A stretch of DNA of 64,000 bases from Bacteroidales bacterium (GCA_016935435.1 JAFGQZ010000043.1:16530-80529), one strand, 5' to 3'; positions 48,101 through 56,485 are shown, counted from the stretch's first letter. A program made the numbers and translations. Notes: generated by a model not told the origin, from the letters alone.

Positions 48101-50718
48101 AAAAGGTTCGAAGCCGTGAGCTTATACACAATATTGTCTTCAAAAGCATAAGAAAACCCTCCTGTATGGGTGTAAACTATCTGGTATGAGCCATTCAGGG
48201 AATATGTTTTCTTCCCCTGTAGTGAGGGGCCAATACTTAAGGTACCATAACTAGTGTACTTATTGTTATAAACATTATACAGTGGCAGAAACTCTTTTTC
48301 CGATTCCAGCCAGGCATAGCTGCCGTTGGAATAATTTACCGATGACATTAGAGGTTTGTAGCGGTTTCGCTCAACAGGGGTCAGTTGGTTCGAAAGCTTA
48401 ATTTCCTGAGAATATTTTTTCAGGCTGTTCATATCAAAACTAATAACGGTTTTCTTTCCTGCTTCGAACATCAAAGAGTCGAGCACAACAACCCTGTCGT
48501 TTAGCCGCAGGCTTATAGAATGTTTCTGGTTGGGGGAAATATAAAACGAATATTCTTTTGGCCTGTTGGCCCATGAAAAATATACGGGGTTGCGATCGAC
48601 TTCAATTACATAAATTGGAACGGCCATACCATTTTGCATAATGTAGGGGGCAAACTGGGTACTGTCGTTACTATCGAAAAGATAAACAAACGGCTCCCTG
48701 CCCGGATAGGTAAACTGGTAATAAATCATGGTGTCGAGCTGAAAGAGGTTATGCCATTTTTGGTAGTTTAGCTTAATAACTGCGGATCGGGAGTTTATGT
48801 CGTTTTTGGTAAAATGTGCACTTTTTGGCCGCGGTATCGAACTGCTTCCATAGTAGGGCAGGTCGGGCAAGTGGTAGTTAAGCTTACCGGTAACCGCCAA
48901 AGCAGTAAGATCGACCCCACTAACCGGATTTCCCAGCTGGTTGGTAACACGTATTTCCGCATCGATGGTTTGGCCGGGGTAAACCTTATCGGGAACGTTG
49001 AGGGTAACATCCAGGAACTCTTCCCTGAAAACAAAAGGGAAACGCTTTATTTGATCCTGTCCCCCGAAAGTGTAAATAAGTTCAACGTAATAAGTTTTCA
49101 GCCTGTTTTCTATGAGCGAACGAAATTCAAACTCTTTGCCAAAACCCTTCTTTAAAAGTTCCGCTCCCTGGTAAACATACCACGAAACATCGAGTTGATG
49201 AGGGTTAATGAGCGATATGTTAAAACTGTCTTTTTGTATTCCACCCGATAATTCAATTTTGGGGCTTATATGGGCCAGGTTAAAAATGCCTGATTTATAA
49301 TAACAGCTAAGCTTTATTGATGAAACCAGTGGGTTTATTTTTTCTTTATAAGGGAAAACTATGGCAAAACTGTCGGGATTGTTGTTGTAAGCAATACAGC
49401 CCGGCACATTTGTTAATGGTTCGCCGTTTTTTATGATGTCGAAACATATACTGTCGTTTGAAAGTTTGTTTATTAGTTCGTACTGCGAATAGAAAAAATC
49501 TGCCGAAACAGTTTGCTCCATGCGTTGGTACTGAGTGTTGAGCACAACCACCTGCACTTCGTACCCGGTATTCGACATCTGGAATAAACCAGGAAGAATT
49601 TCAACCGTGGTAGGTTTTGCCGGATCGAGATCGATTTGAAAATAACTCAATGTGTCGGGCAGTATGATAAGGGGCTGAAAAGTTTTTGAAATGTTCCTGG
49701 TGCGCACCAGAATAAAAGCTTTCGCATCTTTGAGCAACAATCCGTTTATGTCGGTTGCTGTAATGGTAATTTCGTTTTTTGCCGGAAAATAGTGTTTTGT
49801 GTTGGTTATCTGAACATTGAGTTTATTGCCGGTAAGTTCATAATCTTCGTACATAAAACTGCAATTTGAAACCATCTTACCGTTTTTTTCGCGCAATTGA
49901 AGGTTGTATGTCTTGTCCAGCACAAGATTAAGCGAATCGTGCAATTGTAATTCCCCGGCATAGCTGCCCGGCCTGTGGGGCTTTATCTTGTTGAGTTTAA
50001 TGTTTTTTTTATACCCCGACACCCATACTTCAAGCTCACGGCGCAGGGGAAATTTATTGCCCGACAATGCATACGATTTGAACCGCAACATATCGTTTGG
50101 CCTGTATTTGTTCTTGTCGGTAATTAAGTAACTATAGAACGAAGGGCTTTGGTAGTGGCTGTATGCGCTATGCCATTCCGGCACATCGTGCTTTACAATC
50201 TGGAACACCGACCGGAAACCGTCAAGTTCAACAGTTGCAAATTGATTTTTTGCATTGATCCACTCGTTTTCGAGCCTGTAAGTTTTGCTTTCGGGGTCAG
50301 GGCGCAGGCGTTTATATTTAAGTTTTACTTTTGCATCGGTGCGCACATTCCCACTGAAATCGGTTACCTGCAACGAAAGTGCCCCATATTCCCTGAACAG
50401 GAAAACCTGGTATGGAAAAACTCCCGTATAGGAGCAATGCAGCTTGTTCCCTTCAACCTTTACCAAAACAAAATGCCCTTTCGGGCAATGGTTTATCCAT
50501 CCTTTTTCAACTTCGAACGAATCGACCAGGTTATACAATAAACCATCGAAAACAGTATCGGGTTTTGCCCTTGTTAGTAACTTTTGTGCTTCTTTGTTTG
50601 TGATTTGAAAAACCAGTCCTTTTTGAGGTGCATTGCCCCAGTTAACCGGCTGGGAAAAAGAACTTAGGTGAATAAGAATAATATACCCTGCTGCAAATAT
50701 TCTGGAAATAGTTTTCAT
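45190..50718 (-). CDS. Bacterial alpha-2-macroglobulin family protein with an inserted carboxypeptidase-regulatory-like (SusC N-terminal) domain
   Basis: 1842 aa; TDKNKYRP (MG2), FWEPRLYTD..FPDDITRW (A2M), CNEQ thioester motif at 46519-46530, C-terminal EVPIPG/REYFSDR. Confidence 0.88.
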   Translation of the reverse strand: MKTISRIFAAGYIILIHLSSFSQPVNWGNAPQKGLVFQITNKEAQKLLTRAKPDTVFDGLLYNLVDSFEVEKGWINHCPKGHFVLVKVEGNKLHCSYTGVFPYQVFLFREYGALSLQVTDFSGNVRTDAKVKLKYKRLRPDPESKTYRLENEWINAKNQFATVELDGFRSVFQIVKHDVPEWHSAYSHYQSPSFYSYLITDKNKYRPNDMLRFKSYALSGNKFPLRRELEVWVSGYKKNIKLNKIKPHRPGSYAGELQLHDSLNLVLDKTYNLQLREKNGKMVSNCSFMYEDYELTGNKLNVQITNTKHYFPAKNEITITATDINGLLLKDAKAFILVRTRNISKTFQPLIILPDTLSYFQIDLDPAKPTTVEILPGLFQMSNTGYEVQVVVLNTQYQRMEQTVSADFFYSQYELINKLSNDSICFDIIKNGEPLTNVPGCIAYNNNPDSFAIVFPYKEKINPLVSSIKLSCYYKSGIFNLAHISPKIELSGGIQKDSFNISLINPHQLDVSWYVYQGAELLKKGFGKEFEFRSLIENRLKTYYVELIYTFGGQDQIKRFPFVFREEFLDVTLNVPDKVYPGQTIDAEIRVTNQLGNPVSGVDLTALAVTGKLNYHLPDLPYYGSSSIPRPKSAHFTKNDINSRSAVIKLNYQKWHNLFQLDTMIYYQFTYPGREPFVYLFDSNDSTQFAPYIMQNGMAVPIYVIEVDRNPVYFSWANRPKEYSFYISPNQKHSISLRLNDRVVVLDSLMFEAGKKTVISFDMNSLKKYSQEIKLSNQLTPVERNRYKPLMSSVNYSNGSYAWLESEKEFLPLYNVYNNKYTSYGTLSIGPSLQGKKTYSLNGSYQIVYTHTGGFSYAFEDNIVYKLTASNLLPGYLDGKPFNPMLNVNDRVMNKKRFLERQASGGIIWQPQTIDIVAPESRIKIILPQEVTGKGVFNLYFQNCESKAILSPCFDNQYQSKLEFFALPRGFYRIIVLYNNGTYLQMDSVDISRHSTLVADFGYLPICRPDTFSSRLVLNLPGRNYNCYSNATDNKPSPRYEYIQASSPGNIRGIIFDENNDPLPGACIVIKGTQKGTITDIDGRFSLQIDDFTATLVVSFIGYLMEEIEVSAGSEVMLSMTPDISALEEVVVIGYGVQHKSMLTGAVSRVSGESSIAPDIMDEETKTTDITDTDAENRLYQELLNLKSIRSSFSDVGFWEPRLYTDRKGESKFTVTFPDDITRWDALVYAMNRNLHTGTARKTIKSYKPLMAELHVPNFLARGDSAFFLGKLLNYTTDSTISGTVNWSGTGNAFVRNVAFGQYRTDKLPVYAATADSITTRYVFTRNDGYTDGEERTVRVIEQGTERAEGSLSVLQNGDSLHIEAPENTTLTVEILSSQLDIYAGEAYNLLHYRYDCNEQLASKLVGLINYKLLMQYEGKAFKYDKNVNDIVKRLLKNQNREFLWSWWNVTGNTSHWMSAHILRALKCAKDAGYDVPLNIENIARKATYQFDFLKSFSIYDIDLLHSLATWGAAIDYGEYLQVMDSLLLEKEFFSDAYGQKYEYRYSLLTEKLMLQEIRQITANGYERDSLLKYRKEGILGEIFFSDNKPSAYWHNNTLLANAAAYRLIKNDTLLHGLRASMQLYFLGQRKNGTWNTYQSANIIQCILPDIIAGRSSKRQVATVALAGKENKTVSEFPFRMVLKEKEKLSVYKSSGVPLYFVQYTNERVTQAKTGVEGFKIHTSFLSGSNKLKAGEPVVLNIEVEVIKDAGAEHVMIEVPIPGACSYADKRQAQNSVETHREYFSDRTVLFCENMKTGKYIFQVNLLPRFTGKYHLNPAQVSLMYVPVVNANTNMKVVEVWD

Positions 50719-50861
50719 GATTGCCGTTTTGTATCTGACAATTTTAAAAAAACAGCCCCCTAAAAACCGATGTTTTTTTTTAGTTTGTGCCTGACCCCTG
50801 AGTTATTAAGGCGTTTTTGCATCTTTGCGAAAAGCAGCCTTACAGATATATGTCGGGTTTT

Positions 50862-51509
50862 TTAAAAAGCGTAACCTAACGACAGCATTAGGGTAAAAGT
50901 ATCATCGGTAATTTCGCCGGCTGTCCTAAGCAGGCTTTCGTTCCATTCAGCTATTTTACTGAAATTCAGGTAGTAGTCGCCTTTCAGCCCTATCTGAATT
51001 TTGGAAATGTTTAACTTAATACCAGCTCCGAACAAGAGCCCATAGGCAATTTTTTTCAGTTCATCGTTTTTTTCCAAATAAGAAAAATCATCGCTGTGCC
51101 CAATCAAAAAATCTATCCTTGGGCCTCCGCAAATAAAGGGCAACACCTGTTCGGAAAGCGGATAATTAAAATCGATGGCAGTGTTAAAAGACAGGTAATT
51201 GAGAGTTGGTTTGTCAACAATTGTCTGGCCTGTGAATATGCCCCAGGGATCGGATAACTCTGATTCGGACTTTCCACCTTTCTGAAGGTAACCAATATTG
51301 GTTGTAAGGTTGTAGTTGCCATTCTTTAAATAATCAATCCCCAGAAAAAACGAGTTGCCTGTGAAGGCCATATCGTATAACTGATCATTGGTTGTAGGAA
51401 TTTTCCAATCGAGTTTTGAAATGCTTGTACCCACCTGTAACTTTATAACCTGGGCATTTAATGAACAAAAAACTGATACAAAAATAATTGAGGCAAGTAT
51501 TTTTTTCAT
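50862..51509 (-). CDS. Outer-membrane beta-barrel protein (PorT-like)
   Basis: Signal peptide from MKKILAS, amphipathic strands, terminal LGYAF; track start 51533. Confidence 0.75.
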   Translation of the reverse strand: MKKILASIIFVSVFCSLNAQVIKLQVGTSISKLDWKIPTTNDQLYDMAFTGNSFFLGIDYLKNGNYNLTTNIGYLQKGGKSESELSDPWGIFTGQTIVDKPTLNYLSFNTAIDFNYPLSEQVLPFICGGPRIDFLIGHSDDFSYLEKNDELKKIAYGLLFGAGIKLNISKIQIGLKGDYYLNFSKIAEWNESLLRTAGEITDDTFTLMLSLGYAF

Positions 51510-51625
51510 TGTTATTGCAAATAAGTCAGACATGATTGTTTATTGGCCAAATATAAGAAATATTCTGCCCTTTGAATTCTGCCTGCCAGCGTTTTTTTAA
51601 CGCCGAATATATTATTTATTATAAG

Positions 51626-51742
51626 TGCAAACGAATGCCTTAAAAACTAACAATAATTACGTTGAAAGTCTTAATTAACAACTAAAAACATATTTTAGAT
51701 ACAAGCAAACGATTGCATAATTTGTAAAAATATTTATATTTG
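51626..51742 (+). promoter_or_regulatory. Promoter of the T9SS cargo gene with two LacI/GalR-like operator candidates
   Basis: TTG 51713-51715, 19-nt gap, TATATTTG 51735-51742; TGCAAACGAATGC at 51626-51638 and AGCAAACGATTGCA at 51704-51717. Confidence 0.55.
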
Positions 51743-51840
51743 CATAACTGTTTTTCTCGCATTTTATAGAACAATACGGTTAAAAAAAGTCAGCCTTGCA
51801 AAATAGGCAGGCAAACAACAATTGATAAAACAATTTTACC

Positions 51841-52893
51841 ATGAAAAAAATCTACCCATTGATTCTGGCAACAATGTTTTGTACACAGCTTTTTGCCCAG
51901 AAAAGTATTTTATTTGTTAGCGCAAATGCGCCCGATGCCGATGCCACTATCCAAAAATTTATCGAACAAATTGAATCGATAGAAGGCTTTAGTGTAACCC
52001 ATAAACTTTTAGCCGACTACAAGCTTATGACTGCTGCCGAATTTGGGGCATTTGATGCGGCAGTTTTATCTGAGAACGGGGGCTCGGCCGATTATGTTAC
52101 GATAGGCAACGAAGGTTGGCCCATTGCGGTATTAAACCTGAAATCGTACATGAACCACAGGCCAACCAGTCCGCTTTATGCTGCCCAGGCCGATGTTGAC
52201 TGGTTTTTACACCGGACTTATGATATTGCTGCCGGTGCTTTGACTATGTATGTTGAAAACAACAACGATATTCTTTGTAATTATACCGAGGGCTCCGAAC
52301 TTGTGTGGTCAACCGGTACCGACGGCACCCCTTCCATAACCGATGCCCACTGCCAGACTTTCAACCTCGAAAAATCAACAGTAACCGATGTTGCCGGAAA
52401 TGCTATTTTGTTGGGGTCGATAAAAGAATTGAAAGACGGGGGCGAAAATACTTCGGCATTTCTCTGGAAAATAAACGAAAACAATACAACCAAACGAACT
52501 GTTTTATGGGGCATTCACCATGGCTTTATCGGAGAAGGGAATGCTACCGCCGATTTCTGGAAGGTGATCAAAAACTCAATTGTTTGGTTAACCGGCGGAT
52601 CGCCCTGCTCATCGACCGCACTAAAACCAGTTTTGGAAGAAACCAATGATATTACGGTATTTTGTTCATCGATTTCTAAATATGCCTCTGTTAACTTTAA
52701 ACTGAATGTACCGCAAACCTCTAACATTCAGGTAATGGATATTTCCGGAAAAATTGTTTATAGTCAGCTTTTAAATGGCAATGCCGGCTCGAACGAAATA
52801 TCCTTTAGCACCAATAGCTTTGCATGCGGCTTATATATTGTTAAACTAAGTGCAGGACACCAGATACTGACAGAAAAATTCATAGTACGATAG
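51841..52893 (+). CDS. T9SS type A sorting domain-containing protein, N-terminal domain unknown
   Basis: Signal peptide; C-terminal VMDISGK...GLYIVKL...TEKFIVR. Confidence 0.85.
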   Translation: MKKIYPLILATMFCTQLFAQKSILFVSANAPDADATIQKFIEQIESIEGFSVTHKLLADYKLMTAAEFGAFDAAVLSENGGSADYVTIGNEGWPIAVLNLKSYMNHRPTSPLYAAQADVDWFLHRTYDIAAGALTMYVENNNDILCNYTEGSELVWSTGTDGTPSITDAHCQTFNLEKSTVTDVAGNAILLGSIKELKDGGENTSAFLWKINENNTTKRTVLWGIHHGFIGEGNATADFWKVIKNSIVWLTGGSPCSSTALKPVLEETNDITVFCSSISKYASVNFKLNVPQTSNIQVMDISGKIVYSQLLNGNAGSNEISFSTNSFACGLYIVKLSAGHQILTEKFIVR

Positions 52894-52963
52894 AGTAAGA
52901 TTAGGATTAGTTGTGATTAGTTGTGGTTACTATTGGAAAAAATAGTACAGGATACAATTAGTT

Positions 52964-53005
52964 AAAAACGCTGTCTGATATACATTTAGGCAGCGTTTTC
53001 TTTTT
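52964..53005. terminator. Rho-independent terminator, probably bidirectional
   Basis: AAAACGCTGTCT...AGGCAGCGTTTT 12-bp stem with flanking A and T runs, between convergent genes. Confidence 0.8.
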
Positions 53006-53023
53006 ATTGCCAAACACGGGTAA

Positions 53024-53288
53024 TTAGGTTGTGGTTGAGAAGGGGTAAATGAAGGAAATGAAGGGAATTAATGAATGAAGGGAATGAAAGAAATGAAGTG
53101 AATTCATGAATGATAAAAATGATTTTTTCAACTGTTCACCGTTCATTGCTCACTTTAAACTTTAAACTTAAAACTTTGAACTTTAAACTTTGAACTTTGA
53201 ACTTTGAACTTTGAACTTTGAACTTTGAACTTTGAACTTTGAACTTTGAACTTTGAACTTTGAACTTTAAACTTTGAACTTAAAACCT
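53024..53288 (-). repeat. Composite dispersed repeat, copy 3 (18 heptamers), inverted orientation
   Basis: 18 TRAACTT-type units at 53156-53281, reverse-complement core at 53119-53155, GAAATGAAG-type 9-mers, GGTTGTGGTTGAG end. Confidence 0.92.
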
Positions 53289-53708
53289 TTCCCATTCCTC
53301 AATATTGCCCTCAGTAGCAGTAAACATGGGGTGGGGGAGAAGCTCTTTTAACGAAATTAGTTTGGAGTATTTTTCAGTATCCCTTGTTTGGAGTTTTTTC
53401 AACAGGTGTTCACGCTCAAAACGAAGCTGACCGGTCGTTACATTCATTTTTACAGGAGAAAACTTATAGTTAATTTTTTCTTTATCGAAACTATAACCAC
53501 GCTTCAGCGCTTCGTAATATACATCGGTTAAATACTGGTTTATTGCTTCAACAGGCTTTTGCACCGATTTAAACCTTTCGAGCTGCGGATGGTTTTTATA
53601 CCCCTTAGTGTTGCCTTCCAGGACATTTTTTGCCAACAGGGTTTCGCGCCACAATGCTACCAAGCCTTTTGTGTCGAGATAACACGGATGAACTGACCAT
53701 ATTCTCAT
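53280..53708 (-). CDS. Pyrimidine dimer DNA glycosylase / endonuclease V family
   Basis: MRIWSVHPCYLDTKGLVALWRE, GYKNHPQLERF. Confidence 0.9.
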   Translation of the reverse strand: MRIWSVHPCYLDTKGLVALWRETLLAKNVLEGNTKGYKNHPQLERFKSVQKPVEAINQYLTDVYYEALKRGYSFDKEKINYKFSPVKMNVTTGQLRFEREHLLKKLQTRDTEKYSKLISLKELLPHPMFTATEGNIEEWERF

Positions 53709-53860
53709 TTCAGGGCGAATAAAATTTAACAGTTATAACCCTGATTCCCAAAAAATGTTTAAATTGATTCGAAATGCATTAACGGTTTTATTGCCGGAAA
53801 TATAAACAGCAAAGTATGTGCAGTTTTTATGGTGCTTAAATAAATTAATAAAACAGAATT

Positions 53861-54005
53861 TAATGTCGTTTAGTTAACAGTATTTCCGCACGCTCACCCT
53901 TAAATTCCCTAAAGGGAACAGCGCGTTTGGTTTTCCCCTTCAGGGGATTATGGGGTGTGTGAAAGGGTTTCATGTATTACATTTTTTCTTAACTAAACGA
54001 CATTG
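53861..54005. mobile_element. MITE copy 2 (145 bp)
   Basis: TAATGTCGTTTAGTTAA / TTAACTAAACGACATTG (16 of 17 bp inverted match); exact 10-bp duplication AAACAGAATT at 53851-53860 and 54006-54015; about 88% identical to copy 1 by hand alignment. Confidence 0.92.
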
Positions 54006-54037
54006 AAACAGAATTCTTAAATTTTAAAAATAAAATT

Positions 54038-54565
54038 ATGGCTATCAGAAAAATTGTGTTGCCAATTATCGGCATAATTGCCTTAGGTTCATGTGCATCG
54101 ATACCCAAAGGGGTAGAAGCAGTAGGTTCTTTCGATGCCAAAAAATATACCGGCACCTGGTATGAAATTGCCCGTTTCGATTTTCGTTTTGAGAAAAACC
54201 TAAATAATGTTACTGCCACTTATTCTTTAAACCCTAACGGGACAATAAAAGTTGAAAACCGAGGCTATAATTACGTTACCCAGGAATGGAAACAAGCCAT
54301 TGGCAAAGCAAAATTTATCGATAAGCCACAGGTGGCAATGCTTAAAGTTTCGTTTTTCGGCCCGTTCTATTCGGGATATAATGTTATTGCACTTGATGAT
54401 GAATATAAGTACGCTCTTGTTGCTGGCAAAAACTTTAGTTACCTGTGGATTCTTTCAAGGGAAACCACTATGCCTGAGGAAATAAAAGGCCGGTACCTTC
54501 AATTGGCCATGAACCTGGGGTTTGATACCTCGAAACTGATATGGACAATGCACGATAAAAAGTAG
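54038..54565 (+). CDS. blc: Bacterial lipocalin, lipoprotein
   Basis: Lipobox LGSC; YTGTWYEIARF, VTATY, YLWILSR. Confidence 0.93.
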   Translation: MAIRKIVLPIIGIIALGSCASIPKGVEAVGSFDAKKYTGTWYEIARFDFRFEKNLNNVTATYSLNPNGTIKVENRGYNYVTQEWKQAIGKAKFIDKPQVAMLKVSFFGPFYSGYNVIALDDEYKYALVAGKNFSYLWILSRETTMPEEIKGRYLQLAMNLGFDTSKLIWTMHDKK

Positions 54566-54586
54566 CGGAACCCTACATAAAAATTT

Positions 54587-54610
54587 ATCCGGGAGCGGAT
54601 TTGTTTTTTT
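54587..54610 (+). terminator. Terminator after blc
   Basis: ATCCG-GGAG-CGGAT followed by TTGTTTTTTT. Confidence 0.55.
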
Positions 54611-54672
54611 ATGGCTAATAATTATGGTAATAGGTATTTAAACAGTATTTTTGTCGGGTTTTTTAAAAAAAT

Positions 54673-56472
54673 ATGTACACAAACCGGCCATTTTTTGGGT
54701 CAAGATCAAACGCTAAGTTTGTTGTTAAAATTCTTCGTCCGGTAATAAACAACTTTTTGCTGGGGCTTTTGTTTGCCCTTACTTTGGCGGCTATAAGCAA
54801 AATTGGTTTCCACGAACAAGACAGCTCGGTATTAAGCTATATTGGCAACCAGTATTATTCATTCTTATCGCTTGCAGCCATACTTTACCTTGCAAGGGTA
54901 ATTGTTTGTGTAGGCTTCAGGAGTTATACCATCGATTTTATTATTTTTCTAGGGATTTCCTTGCTTATTTTTTCAACCATTACTTTTAATATCGATAAGA
55001 ACATTAGCTGGCTAAACAACCATTACTTTTATTCGTTGCTGGTATTTGGCTTGTTTGTGTTTGAGTTTTCGCGTTTCGATGTAAAACGCGCAAGCCTGGT
55101 GCTAAACCCGGCCCAACTGCTTATGGCAAGTTTCGGGCTTATTATCTTTGTAGGTTCGCTTCTGCTTATGTTGCCAACAGCTACTACACAGCCTATAAAA
55201 TATATCGATGCACTTTTTACATCGACCAGCGCTGTGTGCGTTACTGGGCTTACTGTTTTAGATACCTCAAAAGATTTTACCATTTTTGGGAAAAGCATTA
55301 TTTTGCTTCTGTTTCAGGCGGGAGGAATTGGTATTATGACATTTACCAGTTTTTTTGGGTATTTTTTCAAGGGTAATTCTTCATCGTTTTCGGAAAAATT
55401 GGTGCTTAGCGATTTTTTTAGCGAAGACAATATTTCGGAAATCGGAAAAACCCTTATTAAGGTTATATTGTTTACACTTGTTATTGAGGCTATTGGTTCA
55501 ATATTTATCTTTTTTAGTCTCGACACAGACTATTTTGCATCTATCGAACAGCGAATTTACTTTTCGGTGTTCCATTCGGTTTCTGCTTTTTGCAACGCAG
55601 GCTTTTCAACACTAAGCAGTGGAATATACGACATTAGTACCAGAAGCTCCGTGCCACTGCTGTATTCTCTATCCTTTCTTATAATATTGGGGGGCATAGG
55701 ATTTCCAATTTTATTGAACTTATACGCATTTCTGAAAATTAAATTAAACGCATTGTTTAGCATGTTGTTCAGGAAACAGAAAAAAGCTATTATTCCTCAA
55801 ATTATTAATATTAATACCCGCCTGGTTGTATTAACAACAATATTCCTTTTGGGCACAGGCACATTCTTTTTCTATTTATTTGAGAACAATGGAGTTCTCA
55901 GCGAAATGGGCTTTTCCGATAAAATTGCACATGCCTTCTTTGGCAGTGTAACTCCACGTACAGCCGGGTTTAATTCGGTAAATTATGCCAGCCTTTCGGT
56001 GGCAACCATTGCGCTTACTATATTCCTGATGTGGGTAGGGGCATCGCCGGTTTCCGCCGGGGGGGGTATTAAAACCAGCACTTTTGCTATTGCTGTGCTA
56101 AATACCATGCGTATTGCCCGAATGAAAAACCATATTGAATTCCATAAAAGGGAAATACACGAACGTTCGGTTGACAGGGCTTTTGCTATTATTATCCTTT
56201 CAATACTTATTCTCGGTAGTTCATCGCTGCTTCTGTACTTAATAGAACCTCAGCATGGAGCTTTAAATATTTTGTTTGAGTGTGTCTCGGCATTCAGCAC
56301 TGTGGGGCTTTCTCTGGGCATTACACCTGCATTGGGCAGTGCTTCGAAGGTATTGCTTATTTGCCTGATGTTTGTGGGCAGAATGGGCGTACTAACCCTG
56401 TTGTTTGCTGTTTTTCGCAGAACAAGGGCTATGGTATATCGTTTTCCGAAGGAAAATATTGTAATTAACTAA
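54673..56472 (+). CDS. trkH: TrkH/KtrB potassium uptake membrane subunit
   Basis: SAVCVTGL, SAFCNAGF, TPRTAGF, SAFSTVGLS pore loops; extra N-terminal TM segments. Confidence 0.92.
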   Translation: MYTNRPFFGSRSNAKFVVKILRPVINNFLLGLLFALTLAAISKIGFHEQDSSVLSYIGNQYYSFLSLAAILYLARVIVCVGFRSYTIDFIIFLGISLLIFSTITFNIDKNISWLNNHYFYSLLVFGLFVFEFSRFDVKRASLVLNPAQLLMASFGLIIFVGSLLLMLPTATTQPIKYIDALFTSTSAVCVTGLTVLDTSKDFTIFGKSIILLLFQAGGIGIMTFTSFFGYFFKGNSSSFSEKLVLSDFFSEDNISEIGKTLIKVILFTLVIEAIGSIFIFFSLDTDYFASIEQRIYFSVFHSVSAFCNAGFSTLSSGIYDISTRSSVPLLYSLSFLIILGGIGFPILLNLYAFLKIKLNALFSMLFRKQKKAIIPQIININTRLVVLTTIFLLGTGTFFFYLFENNGVLSEMGFSDKIAHAFFGSVTPRTAGFNSVNYASLSVATIALTIFLMWVGASPVSAGGGIKTSTFAIAVLNTMRIARMKNHIEFHKREIHERSVDRAFAIIILSILILGSSSLLLYLIEPQHGALNILFECVSAFSTVGLSLGITPALGSASKVLLICLMFVGRMGVLTLLFAVFRRTRAMVYRFPKENIVIN

Positions 56473-56485
56473 AACTGGTTTTAAA

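Noticed and set aside
52899-52930. GATTAGTTGT x2 with degenerate flanks after the T9SS gene
   Set aside because: Only two full units and no second occurrence seen; consistent with local slippage
53156-53281. Heptamer arrays (also 18326-18381 and 35760-35857) as CRISPR arrays
   Set aside because: The units are 7 bp and contiguous, with no unique spacers, and there are no cas genes in the window
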